A stretch of 64,000 nucleotides of DNA from a virus, in the IMG/VR virus record IMGVR_UViG_3300032224_000970, positions 95,684 to 159,683 of that record. One strand, 5' to 3'. The position numbers and the translations under genes were made by a program. Numbering within the stretch: position 1 is the first letter of the stretch; each line of letters opens with the position of its first letter. Below are positions 30,475 to 40,126 of this stretch, piece after piece. Below the pieces are notes generated by a model. It had not been told where the DNA came from, did no database searches, and saw nothing but the letters and a program-made list of their open reading frames with translations.

Positions 30475-31244
30475 TGGATCCATTAACATTATTCGCACTT
30501 GCTAATGGCGCAGTATCTGCAATAAAAGCTGGTTGTAAACTTTATAAAGATGTAAAGGGAGCAGCTGGCGATATTAAGGATGTACTTAAAGATCTAGATC
30601 ATCAGTTTCATAATGCATATGAAGCAAAAGGAAAAACTCCACCGCCAGCTGCAGTCAAACAATTAAATGAAGAGAAAGCAAGAGTAAAAGAATTAAACAA
30701 GAAAGATACTGGTGACATTTATTTCGAACTTGGTCAACATCTTGGAGCTTTCTTTGATAATCAAGCAAAATGCATAGCAGTATTTGAAGCAGAAGAAAGA
30801 AGATCTTATCAATTATATACAGGCGATGCTTCAGTAGGTAGTCGTGCTCTACAACGAGTTCTGATGAAAAAGAAACTTGAGCAGATGGAAATTGAATTGC
30901 GTGAAATAATGGTATACCAAAGCCCACCAGAATTAGGTGCTCTTTGGACAGAAGTATTACAGCAGTCTAAAATATTAAACGCAAGACAAGCTGTTGCTCT
31001 AAAGAAACAAATTGAAAAGCAACATAAAGAAGATCTTAAGCATGCAAAGTTTATGCGAAAAGTTTACGCATGGACTTGGTGGATTGGTGCAGTTATGATG
31101 TTATTTTTGTTTACCTTTGTTATGATGATTTTTGTTGCTACAGATAGAATGAGTAAATATCCTCAGTTGGGATTTGATTTAATTCCAAAAACTGAGAAAC
31201 AAAGAAAAGAAGACGCAAAACCAAAACATTACATAGGAAGATAA
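30474..31244 (+). CDS. helical protein with C-terminal TM
   Basis: MDPLTLFALA N-terminus, coiled coil, one TM. Confidence 0.6.
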   Translation: MDPLTLFALANGAVSAIKAGCKLYKDVKGAAGDIKDVLKDLDHQFHNAYEAKGKTPPPAAVKQLNEEKARVKELNKKDTGDIYFELGQHLGAFFDNQAKCIAVFEAEERRSYQLYTGDASVGSRALQRVLMKKKLEQMEIELREIMVYQSPPELGALWTEVLQQSKILNARQAVALKKQIEKQHKEDLKHAKFMRKVYAWTWWIGAVMMLFLFTFVMMIFVATDRMSKYPQLGFDLIPKTEKQRKEDAKPKHYIGR

Positions 31245-31246
31245 AA

Positions 31247-31810
31247 ATGACAGAAGAAATTAAAGACGTCAACGCAAAGGTTGATGAGTTAGAAGCAGCA
31301 GCAAAGAAGTATGCTAGTAAAGACACAGTCATCAGTATTGGTGGGTATGAGTTCACACCTGCTAAGTTGATGGTTGCGTTTACTATTGTATCTTCTATTC
31401 TGGGTGGGTTATATGGTGCGTTTGAAGTTTACAAAGACTATCAGAGCATGAAGAAGCGCATCGCTGAGTACGTGGCTCCAGACTTGTCAGACTTGAACAA
31501 GAAAATGGAAATCACTATGCAGAATTCAGAGAAGTCTGTTCAATATACTCAAGATATCAAGAACGACTTGAAGCAAGATATCCGTCGTTTAGAGGGAGTT
31601 GTTGAATCTGTAGAGCGTAGTTCTAAACAGAACCAACGTGAAACCGAACAGGCACTACAAGCTGTTCGCAATGAATCACGTGCAGCTATTAAAGAATCTG
31701 AGAATCATATGAAGGATGTTTCAAGAGAAACACAAACTGCGCTTAAGGGTATACAACGTGACCTAGATAGTAAGATACAAAAAGCATTGGATAACCCACT
31801 AGCCAAATAA
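31247..31810 (+). CDS. single-TM coiled-coil protein
   Basis: TM near residues 40-60, ends KALDNPLAK. Confidence 0.6.
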   Translation: MTEEIKDVNAKVDELEAAAKKYASKDTVISIGGYEFTPAKLMVAFTIVSSILGGLYGAFEVYKDYQSMKKRIAEYVAPDLSDLNKKMEITMQNSEKSVQYTQDIKNDLKQDIRRLEGVVESVERSSKQNQRETEQALQAVRNESRAAIKESENHMKDVSRETQTALKGIQRDLDSKIQKALDNPLAK

Positions 31811-31831
31811 CAACAATAAAGGTGAATTGAG

Positions 31832-32593
31832 ATGAAAAAGATTTTAGGTGTATTTTTAGTACTGTTTGCTTCTTTATCATTAGCAAACCCAATTGACGAT
31901 TCTTGTCCCCAGCATGTAGTATGGGGTGCTCCACAGATTAAACAAGAAGGTAACAATCAGTACCTATGCCGAACTGGTTATGCTGTTAATTATAACTACC
32001 AAACTAAGGTAGCGTACTTCGTCACTGAAGTTATCAAGCCAGAACTACTTGTAACAAAATCAGTTTCTCGCAAAGATGATTTTCGTGAAGATCCTCAGAT
32101 CCCTGCACAATATCGTGCAACATTGAAAGACTATCAGGGTGCAGGTCTTGATCGTGGTCATATGGCACCTGCAGCAAACTTCACTTACGATGCGGGAGTA
32201 ATGAGTGAAAGTTTTTTGCTTTCAAATATGATGCCACAGTCTCCAGGAAACAATCGTGGAATCTGGAAATATCTAGAGGAGAACACTCGCTACTGGGCAT
32301 CCAAGTATGGGCATTTAAATGTAATTACAGGTACAATTTTTGATGCCAACTCCCAGACGATGGGTAATGGTGTTAAGGTTCCATCTTTCGTTTACAAAAT
32401 TGTTATCGACCCAAAGAGAGTTAAGGCGATTGCTTTCTTGTTTCCGAATCAGAAGTTAGATCCAAAGATGATGGAGCAGTATATCGTTTCTATCGGTGAG
32501 ATTGAGGACTATACTGGAATCAATTTTTCTCCAATGATGCCAGAGCAATACAAAGCATTGGAGAAAACCAGAGGATTGATGGCTGAGTGGTAA
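31832..32593 (+). CDS. secreted DNA/RNA non-specific endonuclease (NucA/EndoG type)
   Basis: DRGHMAP, SFLLSNMMPQ, NRGIWKYLE; signal peptide SLA|N. Confidence 0.9.
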   Translation: MKKILGVFLVLFASLSLANPIDDSCPQHVVWGAPQIKQEGNNQYLCRTGYAVNYNYQTKVAYFVTEVIKPELLVTKSVSRKDDFREDPQIPAQYRATLKDYQGAGLDRGHMAPAANFTYDAGVMSESFLLSNMMPQSPGNNRGIWKYLEENTRYWASKYGHLNVITGTIFDANSQTMGNGVKVPSFVYKIVIDPKRVKAIAFLFPNQKLDPKMMEQYIVSIGEIEDYTGINFSPMMPEQYKALEKTRGLMAEW

Positions 32594-32594
32594 T

Positions 32595-32942
32595 ATGAAG
32601 ATACTAACACTTATCCCAGTATTAGTTCTATCAGGTTGTGCACTGATTTTTCCACGTGAGCATGACCCAGTTATGTTTGGTCATCTCGTTGATACTAAAA
32701 TTGCAGTAGACAGATTGTCATGCGAAGAAAAAGATTTTGCCTGGACATCTGCGGAGATCACTATTGAACGTCTAAAGGTTTATACAAGTCTACGTAACGA
32801 TCCACAGGCAGAAGCAGTAGTTAAGTTAGAAGATTCATTAAAGAAAGCAAGAGAATCAACAAACAAAGTGTTCTGTGAAAGTGTTTTGAAAATCAACAAA
32901 ACTAGAATCGATGTAATAGTCGATGCATGGAAGGGAAGATAA
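32595..32942 (+). CDS. lipoprotein
   Basis: lipobox LSGC. Confidence 0.65.
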   Translation: MKILTLIPVLVLSGCALIFPREHDPVMFGHLVDTKIAVDRLSCEEKDFAWTSAEITIERLKVYTSLRNDPQAEAVVKLEDSLKKARESTNKVFCESVLKINKTRIDVIVDAWKGR

Positions 32943-33169
32943 TGTTAGAGCAACTAAGAGAACAGGCTGGTCTTGGTGGACCAGCTGCTGTACTAGCAAA
33001 CGAAATGCTAGTTATGCATGATGAGTATACCAGTGGTCACTTGTCAAAGGAAGAATATGACTTCCTACTGCAAGAGATACAAGATGTAAGGGCACAACAG
33101 GACTTGGCTAATGATGAGATTGCTTGTCGTCTTATATGCCAAGCTGCGCAAGTTTTGATGTCTATGTAA
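32942..33169 (+). CDS. hypothetical protein
   Basis: TAATG-coupled ORF. Confidence 0.55.
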   Translation: MLEQLREQAGLGGPAAVLANEMLVMHDEYTSGHLSKEEYDFLLQEIQDVRAQQDLANDEIACRLICQAAQVLMSM

Positions 33170-33930
33170 TGAAATATCGTACGATATTCATAAGTGATGT
33201 CCACTTAGGAACTCGAGATTGTCAGGCAAATAAGTTAAATAACTTTCTTAAACATAACACCTGCGAGACTTTATATCTCGTGGGTGATATAATTGATGCT
33301 TGGAAAATACAACAGAACAAGTGGCGATGGAAACAAACGCACACCAATGTAGTGCGTAGAATACTTGGGCATGCCAAACGTGGAACTAGAGTAGTATACG
33401 TAGCAGGTAATCATGATGAATTCCTAAGACCGATGATCCCATATGGATTTTCTTTCGGTCTGATTGAAATACAAAATCAAACAGAACATGTAGGCGTAGA
33501 TGGAAAACACTATTTGGTTACACATGGCGATTTATTTGATGGTATTACTCGCCTTGCACCTTGGCTTGCATTTCTTGGTGATAAGTTATATGATTTAGTT
33601 CTTGATTGGAATTCAAGATTCAACTGGTTACGTCACAAATTGGGGTTTGGTTACTGGTCGTTATCTAAATATCTGAAAAATAGAGTCAAAAAAGCCAATG
33701 ACTTTATATTTCAGTTTGAAAAAAATTTGGCAGCGTATTGCAAAAAGCGAGGATATGATGGTGTCATCTGTGGTCACATACATCATGCAGAAATCAAAGA
33801 AATAGAAGGTATCGTTTATATGAATGATGGTGATTGGGTAGAAAGTTGTACAGCACTCGTAGAACACCATGACGGTAAGTGGGAAATAGTGACTTGGACA
33901 CAGGAGCGAGATGATGTTGTTACAGGATAA
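33169..33930 (+). CDS. LpxH-like metallophosphoesterase (UDP-2,3-diacylglucosamine hydrolase family)
   Basis: SDVHLG, GDIID, GNHD, HGDLFD, CGHIH, NDGDWVES. Confidence 0.85.
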   Translation: MKYRTIFISDVHLGTRDCQANKLNNFLKHNTCETLYLVGDIIDAWKIQQNKWRWKQTHTNVVRRILGHAKRGTRVVYVAGNHDEFLRPMIPYGFSFGLIEIQNQTEHVGVDGKHYLVTHGDLFDGITRLAPWLAFLGDKLYDLVLDWNSRFNWLRHKLGFGYWSLSKYLKNRVKKANDFIFQFEKNLAAYCKKRGYDGVICGHIHHAEIKEIEGIVYMNDGDWVESCTALVEHHDGKWEIVTWTQERDDVVTG

Positions 33931-34624
33931 GATAACTATTGTAGTTCCTTGTAAAAATGAGGAGAACTACATTGCGCATTTGCTAATGCACTTGCGTCAG
34001 CAAGAGATAGGAAATACAAGAATTATCATTGCTGACTGCTCGACTGACAATACACGAGAAGTCATCCAGATAATGAAGGGTGATTTAAATGTTGAAGTGA
34101 TTGATGGTGGTCCAGTATCGTTCGCAAAGAATAGTGGTGCTAAGTTAGTTACTACTCCGTATATTCTATTCATAGATAGTGATGTTAGATTTTTTTCTGA
34201 TACAGTTATAGCTGATTGCGTTAGAGAACTAGAAGAAAATAATCTTGATTTAGTTGGGCTATATGCAAAGTGCTACGACAAAGACAAAAGAGCACAGATT
34301 GGTTTTATGTTGTTTAATTTCGTAAACAACATAATGAAATATAAAGTTCCCTTCGCAGTTGGTGCTTTCATGTTAACACGAAGAGATAAATTTGAACAGT
34401 TGGGTGGTTTCTCTGAGAAGTATGGAACGAGTGAAGACTTCTTCCTATCCAAACGATATGATGTTAAAAAATTTAAATTAGTTGACCATTACTTCGGGCA
34501 AGACAGTAGAAGGTTTCAGATTATGGGGTACTTCGGTATGGCATGGTATCTTGTAAAAAATTTCTGGAACAGAAACAACGAAGAATATTGGCAGAAGATA
34601 GATTACTCAAAGTATTGGAAATAA
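33911..34624 (+). CDS. glycosyltransferase family 2
   Basis: IVVPCKNEE, STDNT, FIDSD, GGF...SED. Confidence 0.88.
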   Translation: MMLLQDKITIVVPCKNEENYIAHLLMHLRQQEIGNTRIIIADCSTDNTREVIQIMKGDLNVEVIDGGPVSFAKNSGAKLVTTPYILFIDSDVRFFSDTVIADCVRELEENNLDLVGLYAKCYDKDKRAQIGFMLFNFVNNIMKYKVPFAVGAFMLTRRDKFEQLGGFSEKYGTSEDFFLSKRYDVKKFKLVDHYFGQDSRRFQIMGYFGMAWYLVKNFWNRNNEEYWQKIDYSKYWK

Positions 34625-35275
34625 ATGAAAACTATAGCATTGTTCATACACCATCCTGAGTGTTCCGAGGATTGTGTTGATGCAATGACTAATGCTCTGA
34701 AGGATAACTATAACATAAGGTTGTTCAACGAAGATGATATTTGTAGAGATGATTTTTTCAGTGGGGTTGATATCATTGCTTTTCCTGGTGGTATTGGCGA
34801 TAGTGATACATGCTATAAATTTTTTACTAGAAGAATAGGCAACCGAATCGCAAAATTTGTTGAGGATGGTGGTAAGTACCTTGGAATCTGCATGGGTGCT
34901 TACTGGGCTGATGAGTGGTACTTTGACTTGATTGATGATGTTCGTGCAGTGCAATATATCAAGAGACCAAATGCAGATGTAAAGAGAAGCTACGGAACAG
35001 TAGCTTCAGTCACATGGAAAGGCAACCAAGAGAAGATGTACTTCTATGATGGTTGCGCACTGATCGGTGACGAGACGAAGTTTGACACGATTGCAAGATA
35101 TGCCAATGGCGACCCCATGGCTATCATCAAAGGCAACGTAGGGTTGATCGGGTGCCACCCAGAAGCACCATTGTACTGGTACGAAAAGCCATGGCAGTAC
35201 ATAAACCCTCACTGGAACCATGGTCGCCACCATAGGCTACTGCTGGACTTCGTAAATTCCCTAGCTGAACGCTAA
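34625..35275 (+). CDS. class I glutamine-amidotransferase-like (BPL_N-type) protein
   Basis: FPGG, YLGICMGAY nucleophile elbow, HPE. Confidence 0.8.
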   Translation: MKTIALFIHHPECSEDCVDAMTNALKDNYNIRLFNEDDICRDDFFSGVDIIAFPGGIGDSDTCYKFFTRRIGNRIAKFVEDGGKYLGICMGAYWADEWYFDLIDDVRAVQYIKRPNADVKRSYGTVASVTWKGNQEKMYFYDGCALIGDETKFDTIARYANGDPMAIIKGNVGLIGCHPEAPLYWYEKPWQYINPHWNHGRHHRLLLDFVNSLAER

Positions 35276-35288
35276 AAATCCCCTTTAA

Positions 35289-35301
35289 AATCAACGACTT
35301 A
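35289..35301 (+). promoter_or_regulatory. IHF-binding consensus site
   Basis: AATCAACGACTTA = WATCAANNNNTTR. Confidence 0.6.
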
Positions 35302-35340
35302 GCAATCCCCTACAACTTGCAGGGGAATGTGAAATAATGC

Positions 35341-35369
35341 TTTACAATAATTCAGGTTTCCTGTATAAT
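35341..35369 (+). promoter_or_regulatory. early promoter
   Basis: TTTACA-17-TATAAT preceded by CCCCTAC/GCAGGGG hairpin. Confidence 0.8.
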
Positions 35370-35375
35370 TCTATT

Positions 35376-35648
35376 ATGATGAATGAAAAAGTGATTGCAA
35401 AGTTGGGTGCCCTGAGTGGCTGGGTTGGAATGGTTCTGATACATGGAGCTACCTTACCTACTACTTTAGGTGTGATTCTGGGATATTCGGATAGGGTTCC
35501 ACCAGTAAGTATGGTGATCCTTGTTTGGACTGGTTTGTTGCTGTTCTTGTTCAGAGCAATAGTGCAAAAGGATACGCTGTATATCGTGTCAAATGCGTTA
35601 GGGTTCTTCTTTAACAGTATCCTGTTAGCGTTGATTGTCTTTAAGTGA
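35376..35648 (+). CDS. small membrane protein (probably leaderless mRNA)
   Basis: three TMs; ATG 7 nt after the -10 box, no SD. Confidence 0.6.
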   Translation: MMNEKVIAKLGALSGWVGMVLIHGATLPTTLGVILGYSDRVPPVSMVILVWTGLLLFLFRAIVQKDTLYIVSNALGFFFNSILLALIVFK

Positions 35649-35658
35649 GAAGGGAATT

Positions 35659-35823
35659 ATGATGCGTGGATCTATCCGTATGTTTATTGGTTTTTTCTTG
35701 ATGTGGGGTGCAGCTGGTGGCTTGGACTTCCCTGAAAATTCTGTACTTGCATGTCTGACTATCGCAGCTGTCGGTGCAGTGATTGCTTTCTCTGGTATGC
35801 TTGCAATGAAAGGTATGCGATGA
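35659..35823 (+). CDS. small membrane protein
   Basis: two hydrophobic segments. Confidence 0.5.
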   Translation: MMRGSIRMFIGFFLMWGAAGGLDFPENSVLACLTIAAVGAVIAFSGMLAMKGMR

Positions 35824-35984
35824 AAGACATAAATATACTTCTGGCTGAAATAGCTGAAGAAAACCAGCAGTCGGTTATTGACGCTGAATACGAATCCTAT
35901 ATGGATAACATGATGGCTGAGTACAACATGCGGATGTACGAAGCCCATTCTTACGACCTCGATGCAATTTTTTATGGAGAGTGA
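35820..35984 (+). CDS. hypothetical acidic protein
   Basis: ATGA overlap. Confidence 0.5.
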   Translation: MKDINILLAEIAEENQQSVIDAEYESYMDNMMAEYNMRMYEAHSYDLDAIFYGE

Positions 35985-35985
35985 T

Positions 35986-36222
35986 ATGAGTAGAATGGCT
36001 GACTTGGATTTGGAAATCCGTAACATGCTTGATGAAGGGTTGCGTCCCTTTACTGTGGCAAGTCTGCTGCAAATTCCGCTGCAGATGGTTTATGATGTGA
36101 TTGAATCTGAAACCGAAAACGATTCGCACTACGACGAATCAATGGATGGTGACTTTGATTCTGCAATGGCAAGTGCAGGGTTCGGCACTGATGAAGATTA
36201 TGGTTATTATGGAGAAGAGTGA
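35986..36222 (+). CDS. hypothetical acidic protein
   Basis: GGAG SD; SAMASAGFGTDEDYG C-terminus. Confidence 0.6.
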   Translation: MSRMADLDLEIRNMLDEGLRPFTVASLLQIPLQMVYDVIESETENDSHYDESMDGDFDSAMASAGFGTDEDYGYYGEE

Positions 36223-36223
36223 A

Positions 36224-36478
36224 ATGAATTTTATTATTGAAGATGGAAATACAGTTGAGTATAAAGGTGAGTTGTTTGATCGCAGCCATGGTAGTCCTTT
36301 CGATCGTGGTGCTGCAGATAGCTACTACCATCGTCCGCAAGATCCTCACTGGTATCCAGAAGGAACTGGACATGGTGAGCGAGTAGAAGCGAAAGATATG
36401 CATGGGATTCAGTTGCGTGCTTACGCTATGGGTTATGAGTTCAATGAACGATTTGGTGATAAGAAAGATTGGAGTTAA
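36224..36478 (+). CDS. hypothetical protein
   Basis: HGSPFDRGAADSYY motif, GGAG SD. Confidence 0.65.
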   Translation: MNFIIEDGNTVEYKGELFDRSHGSPFDRGAADSYYHRPQDPHWYPEGTGHGERVEAKDMHGIQLRAYAMGYEFNERFGDKKDWS

Positions 36479-36480
36479 TC

Positions 36481-36948
36481 ATGGGTTTGGATATGTACTT
36501 GTCGGCTAAGAAATATATGAGTCGTTACTTCGATCCTATGGACAGCCAGAAGATCGAAGGTATCAATGAGTTGTTCGGTGTTGAAGGTAAAGAGGATGAG
36601 GACTATGGTGCTCAGGAAGTTACCTTCCGAGTTGCTTACTGGCGTAAAGCCAATGCAATTCATCAGTGGTTTGTAGACAACGTACAAGATGGAGTTGATG
36701 AATGTCAGCAAGCGTATGTCTCTCGTGAGAAACTGCAGGAACTGATGGAACTGTGCGAGAAAATCATCGCTAGTCCAAAATCAGGCGAAGAACTTCTGCC
36801 AACACAAAGTGGCTGTTTCTTCGGTTCGACTCAGTATGATGAGTGGTATATGGCTGATGTAAAGCATACTGCTGAACGCATCAAGAAAATTCTCAACGAT
36901 CCTGCGTTTGCAAAGGGTGTTGACTTTTACTATCAATCAAGTTGGTAA
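36481..36948 (+). CDS. conserved phage protein
   Basis: MGLDMYL...YWRKANAIHQWFV...FFGS...YQSSW. Confidence 0.75.
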   Translation: MGLDMYLSAKKYMSRYFDPMDSQKIEGINELFGVEGKEDEDYGAQEVTFRVAYWRKANAIHQWFVDNVQDGVDECQQAYVSREKLQELMELCEKIIASPKSGEELLPTQSGCFFGSTQYDEWYMADVKHTAERIKKILNDPAFAKGVDFYYQSSW

Positions 36949-36957
36949 GGAGTAGTA

Positions 36958-37236
36958 ATGATAGGTGATATTGATAAAGAGATTTTGTTGATTACACAAG
37001 AAGAGTGCGCAGAGGTAACTCAAGCAATCAGTAAGGTGTTTCGATTTGGGTTTGATTCTGTTCATAAAGGTATTGACAATCGTACGCATCTTGAGGAAGA
37101 AATCGGTGACCTTATGTGTATGATTGACTTGCTGATTGAGAATGGTATTGTCAGCGAAGCTGCTTGTATAACAGCAAAGAATGAGAAGTTAAATAAACTT
37201 ACGCAATGGTCTAACATTTTCAAGGAAACTGTATGA
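36958..37236 (+). CDS. MazG-like NTP pyrophosphohydrolase
   Basis: EECAE...EEEIGD. Confidence 0.75.
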   Translation: MIGDIDKEILLITQEECAEVTQAISKVFRFGFDSVHKGIDNRTHLEEEIGDLMCMIDLLIENGIVSEAACITAKNEKLNKLTQWSNIFKETV

Positions 37237-37472
37237 GTGAAATTACAATTCATGGTGTGACTAAACGACAGAAGCGTATGCTTAACATTATGTGGAATTT
37301 GGAGACAGAGGAAGATTACTTTGAGTGGTATAATTCTTTGGATACAGAACTACAACAAGAAGCTGAGTTGCTACAGCGTTTGATTATCATGGCTGAATTG
37401 GATAATGACGTGCGTGACACAACTGATGCAAAAGAATTACTACAACAATTTATGGTCAAAGGAGCTACATGA
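37233..37472 (+). CDS. hypothetical protein
   Basis: AAGGA SD, ATGA overlap. Confidence 0.55.
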   Translation: MSEITIHGVTKRQKRMLNIMWNLETEEDYFEWYNSLDTELQQEAELLQRLIIMAELDNDVRDTTDAKELLQQFMVKGAT

Positions 37473-37648
37473 AAGCAGATAAGAATTTTAGATTGAGTAA
37501 GACAAGTAAGCGTATGCTGGCACTGATGCCATTCAAGGATGAGCATGAGCGTGGATCGTTCAAGCGTCTGATGATTGAAGCAGAGTTAGCACAGGCACGT
37601 GCAAAACATGCAAATGTAAAATCGAAGGGTTCTAAAGATTTGGATTGA
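37469..37648 (+). CDS. hypothetical basic protein (not in ORF track)
   Basis: AAGGAG SD; MKADKNFRLSKTSKRML...FKRLMIEAEL, 59 aa. Confidence 0.65.
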   Translation: MKADKNFRLSKTSKRMLALMPFKDEHERGSFKRLMIEAELAQARAKHANVKSKGSKDLD

Positions 37649-37673
37649 CATGCAAATGAAAATCAAGTATAAT
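37645..37673 (+). promoter_or_regulatory. consensus sigma70 promoter
   Basis: TTGACA-17-TATAAT. Confidence 0.75.
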
Positions 37674-37808
37674 ATACCTAAACCTAGAAATCTTGTTGCG
37701 AAAGATTTGAGGACTCCCAAGTATCGTATGCGTGCTGAAGAGTCTAAGGTTAAGTACATTCGTCAACCTAAGCATCGAAAGGACACATATGCTAACGAAG
37801 GAATATGA
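37650..37808 (+). CDS. small basic ArfA-like protein (not in ORF track)
   Basis: PRNLVAKDLRTPKYRMRAEESKVKYIRQPKHRK resembles the ArfA core. Confidence 0.55.
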   Translation: MQMKIKYNIPKPRNLVAKDLRTPKYRMRAEESKVKYIRQPKHRKDTYANEGI

Positions 37809-38037
37809 GTTCTTTAAGGCTGGTCTACACAAAAAGATCACCATTAAAGAACATCTGTATGATCTGATTGAGTTTACAATTCACCAGAAACTAACCGATG
37901 AGAATGGTAAGGTACTTATCGATAGTAAGCAAGACTCATACTTTACCAGTAGAGAATTCAAAGAGTTCTTTACACCACTTGTTAATGATTTGAAAGAGAG
38001 ATTTGATAATGAAAAAACAGACAGTATTCAAGAATGA
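37789..38037 (+). CDS. hypothetical protein
   Basis: AAGGA SD before ATG 37789. Confidence 0.55.
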   Translation: MLTKEYEFFKAGLHKKITIKEHLYDLIEFTIHQKLTDENGKVLIDSKQDSYFTSREFKEFFTPLVNDLKERFDNEKTDSIQE

Positions 38038-38311
38038 AAAAGAGTTCGAAGAATTTAAATCCTGGACACTTGGAGTTCTACACGATGACAAGATCAAAGA
38101 TCTGTGCGTTACTTTTACCAAAAAAGATGGTACAGAAAGAGCAATGTATTGTACCCTCATTGAAGGACGAATACCTGCAGAGCAGACTCCCAAAAACCCG
38201 AACACCAGTGCCACGTCTTCTGGATCCGCAGTACGTGTCTTCGACACAGAGAAAGCTGAATGGAGATCTTTCCGCTGGGACACAGTAACTAAAGTGGAGT
38301 TTACATTATGA
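38009..38311 (+). CDS. SH3/WYL_2-like T4-type protein
   Basis: VTFTKKDGTERAM-CTL...VFD-EK-EWRSFR. Confidence 0.75.
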   Translation: MKKQTVFKNEKEFEEFKSWTLGVLHDDKIKDLCVTFTKKDGTERAMYCTLIEGRIPAEQTPKNPNTSATSSGSAVRVFDTEKAEWRSFRWDTVTKVEFTL

Positions 38312-38478
38312 TGACTGTTAGTCTTGATACATACATTCAGATCCTCGAGAATGAGGTAGATGTTCTACGTGAGCAATACTACAAACCAAAGGAAGAGGGA
38401 ACTGGGCACTACAACACAGCGATCAGTGTTCTTGAGCATCGCATTAATGAATTGAAAAAGGAGAAAGTCCATGGGTAA
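38308..38478 (+). CDS. hypothetical protein (not in ORF track)
   Basis: GGAG SD; GTGHYNTAISVLEHRINEL. Confidence 0.55.
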   Translation: MMTVSLDTYIQILENEVDVLREQYYKPKEEGTGHYNTAISVLEHRINELKKEKVHG

Positions 38479-38653
38479 AGTTTTTGTATTTGCATTAATC
38501 CTTATCGCTGTTGCGATAATCGCACCATTCTTAACTATCTGGTCATTGAACATTCTGTTCCCTGTACTGGCTATTCCTTACACTCTTAATACTTGGGCAG
38601 CTATCATTCTGATTGGTATGTTCCTCAAAGGTAATGTTACGGTGAACAAATAA
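38471..38653 (+). CDS. small membrane protein
   Basis: AAGGAG SD, two TMs. Confidence 0.6.
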   Translation: MGKVFVFALILIAVAIIAPFLTIWSLNILFPVLAIPYTLNTWAAIILIGMFLKGNVTVNK

Positions 38654-38907
38654 TGGCTATCACAATCTCATCCCCAGAAGATCGTAAGAAGGTCAAAGAT
38701 GCAGTGCAGGAAATCAGTAACTCACTTACACGCATCGAAGCTGAACGTGATTTGATTCGTGAGATTATCAAAGATGTTTCTGACAATCATCAAATCCCAC
38801 GCAAGATTATTTCCAAAATTGCAAAGACTTTCCACAAACAAAATCTTGCACAGGAAGTAGCCGACCATGAAGACTTCGTAGATCTCTACGATACAGTGAC
38901 AAAGTAA
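38653..38907 (+). CDS. dsbA: double-stranded DNA-binding protein
   Basis: EISNSLTRIEAERDLI...IAKTFHKQ resembles T4 DsbA; near rnh as in T4. Confidence 0.7.
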   Translation: MAITISSPEDRKKVKDAVQEISNSLTRIEAERDLIREIIKDVSDNHQIPRKIISKIAKTFHKQNLAQEVADHEDFVDLYDTVTK

Positions 38908-38969
38908 CCCTACTACCTGTAGGGTTATTAAATTTAGTGCTTTACTTTAATTCAGGATTGCGGTATAAT
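38906..38969 (+). promoter_or_regulatory. hairpin + early promoter cassette
   Basis: AACCCTAC/GTAGGGTT then TTTACT-17-TATAAT. Confidence 0.8.
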
Positions 38970-38995
38970 ATATTATAACTTGGAGGTTTACACCT

Positions 38996-40126
38996 ATGGC
39001 TAATACTGCAAAAAACAAAGCACGTGCTGAAGAAGCTGAACGTATGGTTAAAGGTAGTGAGGTAACACTCACTGCCGAAAACTATAAGAGTGATTTTCTG
39101 CATGCCCTGAATTACTACAACTCTAACCATGACGACAAAGAAAAGAAGAAGTGGTTGATCAAACATATTTCAAAGCAAGACAAGAAACTTGCTATTGAGT
39201 TGTTGAAGGTCGATGAATATCACTTTCGTCATGCTGGCATTCTCGCACGTCTGATTGATACTGGCTCCGAACTGGAAGAGAAGGAAGCCAACTATCTGCA
39301 AGAACGTATCGCATTCCTCAAAGAACAAGTTGGAGTGCGTCAGAAATCCCAGATCAAACAAGACAAGAAAGATGCTGCCGATACAAAAGTAGCAACGAAT
39401 GTCATCTCTATTCAAGAACGTATGGAAGAGAAGGCACATGACTTGGCTGGTGAAATCGAAGGTGCTATTGATGACTTCGTTCTCGGTGGGTGTAAGTCTG
39501 ACTTCTCTGCCAAGAATTATCTGCTGAGTAATCAAGTGGCTGGACCGATTGCTAAACGTATCGGTGAGTTCTATGTTCCACTTGTTACTGAGTTGCGTGC
39601 TGCTTATGATGCTGAAGATGAACAGCTGGTAGAGGGTTACTCAAACTTTACTCGCAGAGAGTTGAAGCGATTTATCGACTTCGTTGATGGTATCATTGCT
39701 GACTGTAACCAGATGGTTCAGACTGCGAAAGCGAATCGTGCTCCACGTAAGCGTAAGGAAGTCCCTGCTGCTAAACAAGTAGCGAAGATGAAGTTCTTGC
39801 GTGAGTATGCGGAGCTAGGATTGAAGTCTGCGTCGCTTGCAAACATCATCGGTTCTACCGAAGTATGGTACTACAATACCAAGTACAAACATCTTGGTGT
39901 GTACAAAGGTGAGAATGGTGGTACTCTGTCTGTTAAGGGAACTACCATTATTGGTTTCGATATTAAAGAATCAAAGCGTATGACACTACGCAAACCTGAA
40001 GAATTTTTCAAAGGGTTGTCGTTGGGTAAACGTGCATTGAACAGTGCGATGAAAACACTGAAGACTAAACCTGCTGTACCGAATGGTCGTTTCAATGAAG
40101 AAACAATTTTGCTTGGAGCATTTTGA
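38996..40126 (+). CDS. conserved T4-like phage hypothetical protein
   Basis: GGAGG SD; LSVKGTTIIGF...TLRKPE...NGRFNE C-terminal domain. Confidence 0.7.
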   Translation: MANTAKNKARAEEAERMVKGSEVTLTAENYKSDFLHALNYYNSNHDDKEKKKWLIKHISKQDKKLAIELLKVDEYHFRHAGILARLIDTGSELEEKEANYLQERIAFLKEQVGVRQKSQIKQDKKDAADTKVATNVISIQERMEEKAHDLAGEIEGAIDDFVLGGCKSDFSAKNYLLSNQVAGPIAKRIGEFYVPLVTELRAAYDAEDEQLVEGYSNFTRRELKRFIDFVDGIIADCNQMVQTAKANRAPRKRKEVPAAKQVAKMKFLREYAELGLKSASLANIIGSTEVWYYNTKYKHLGVYKGENGGTLSVKGTTIIGFDIKESKRMTLRKPEEFFKGLSLGKRALNSAMKTLKTKPAVPNGRFNEETILLGAF

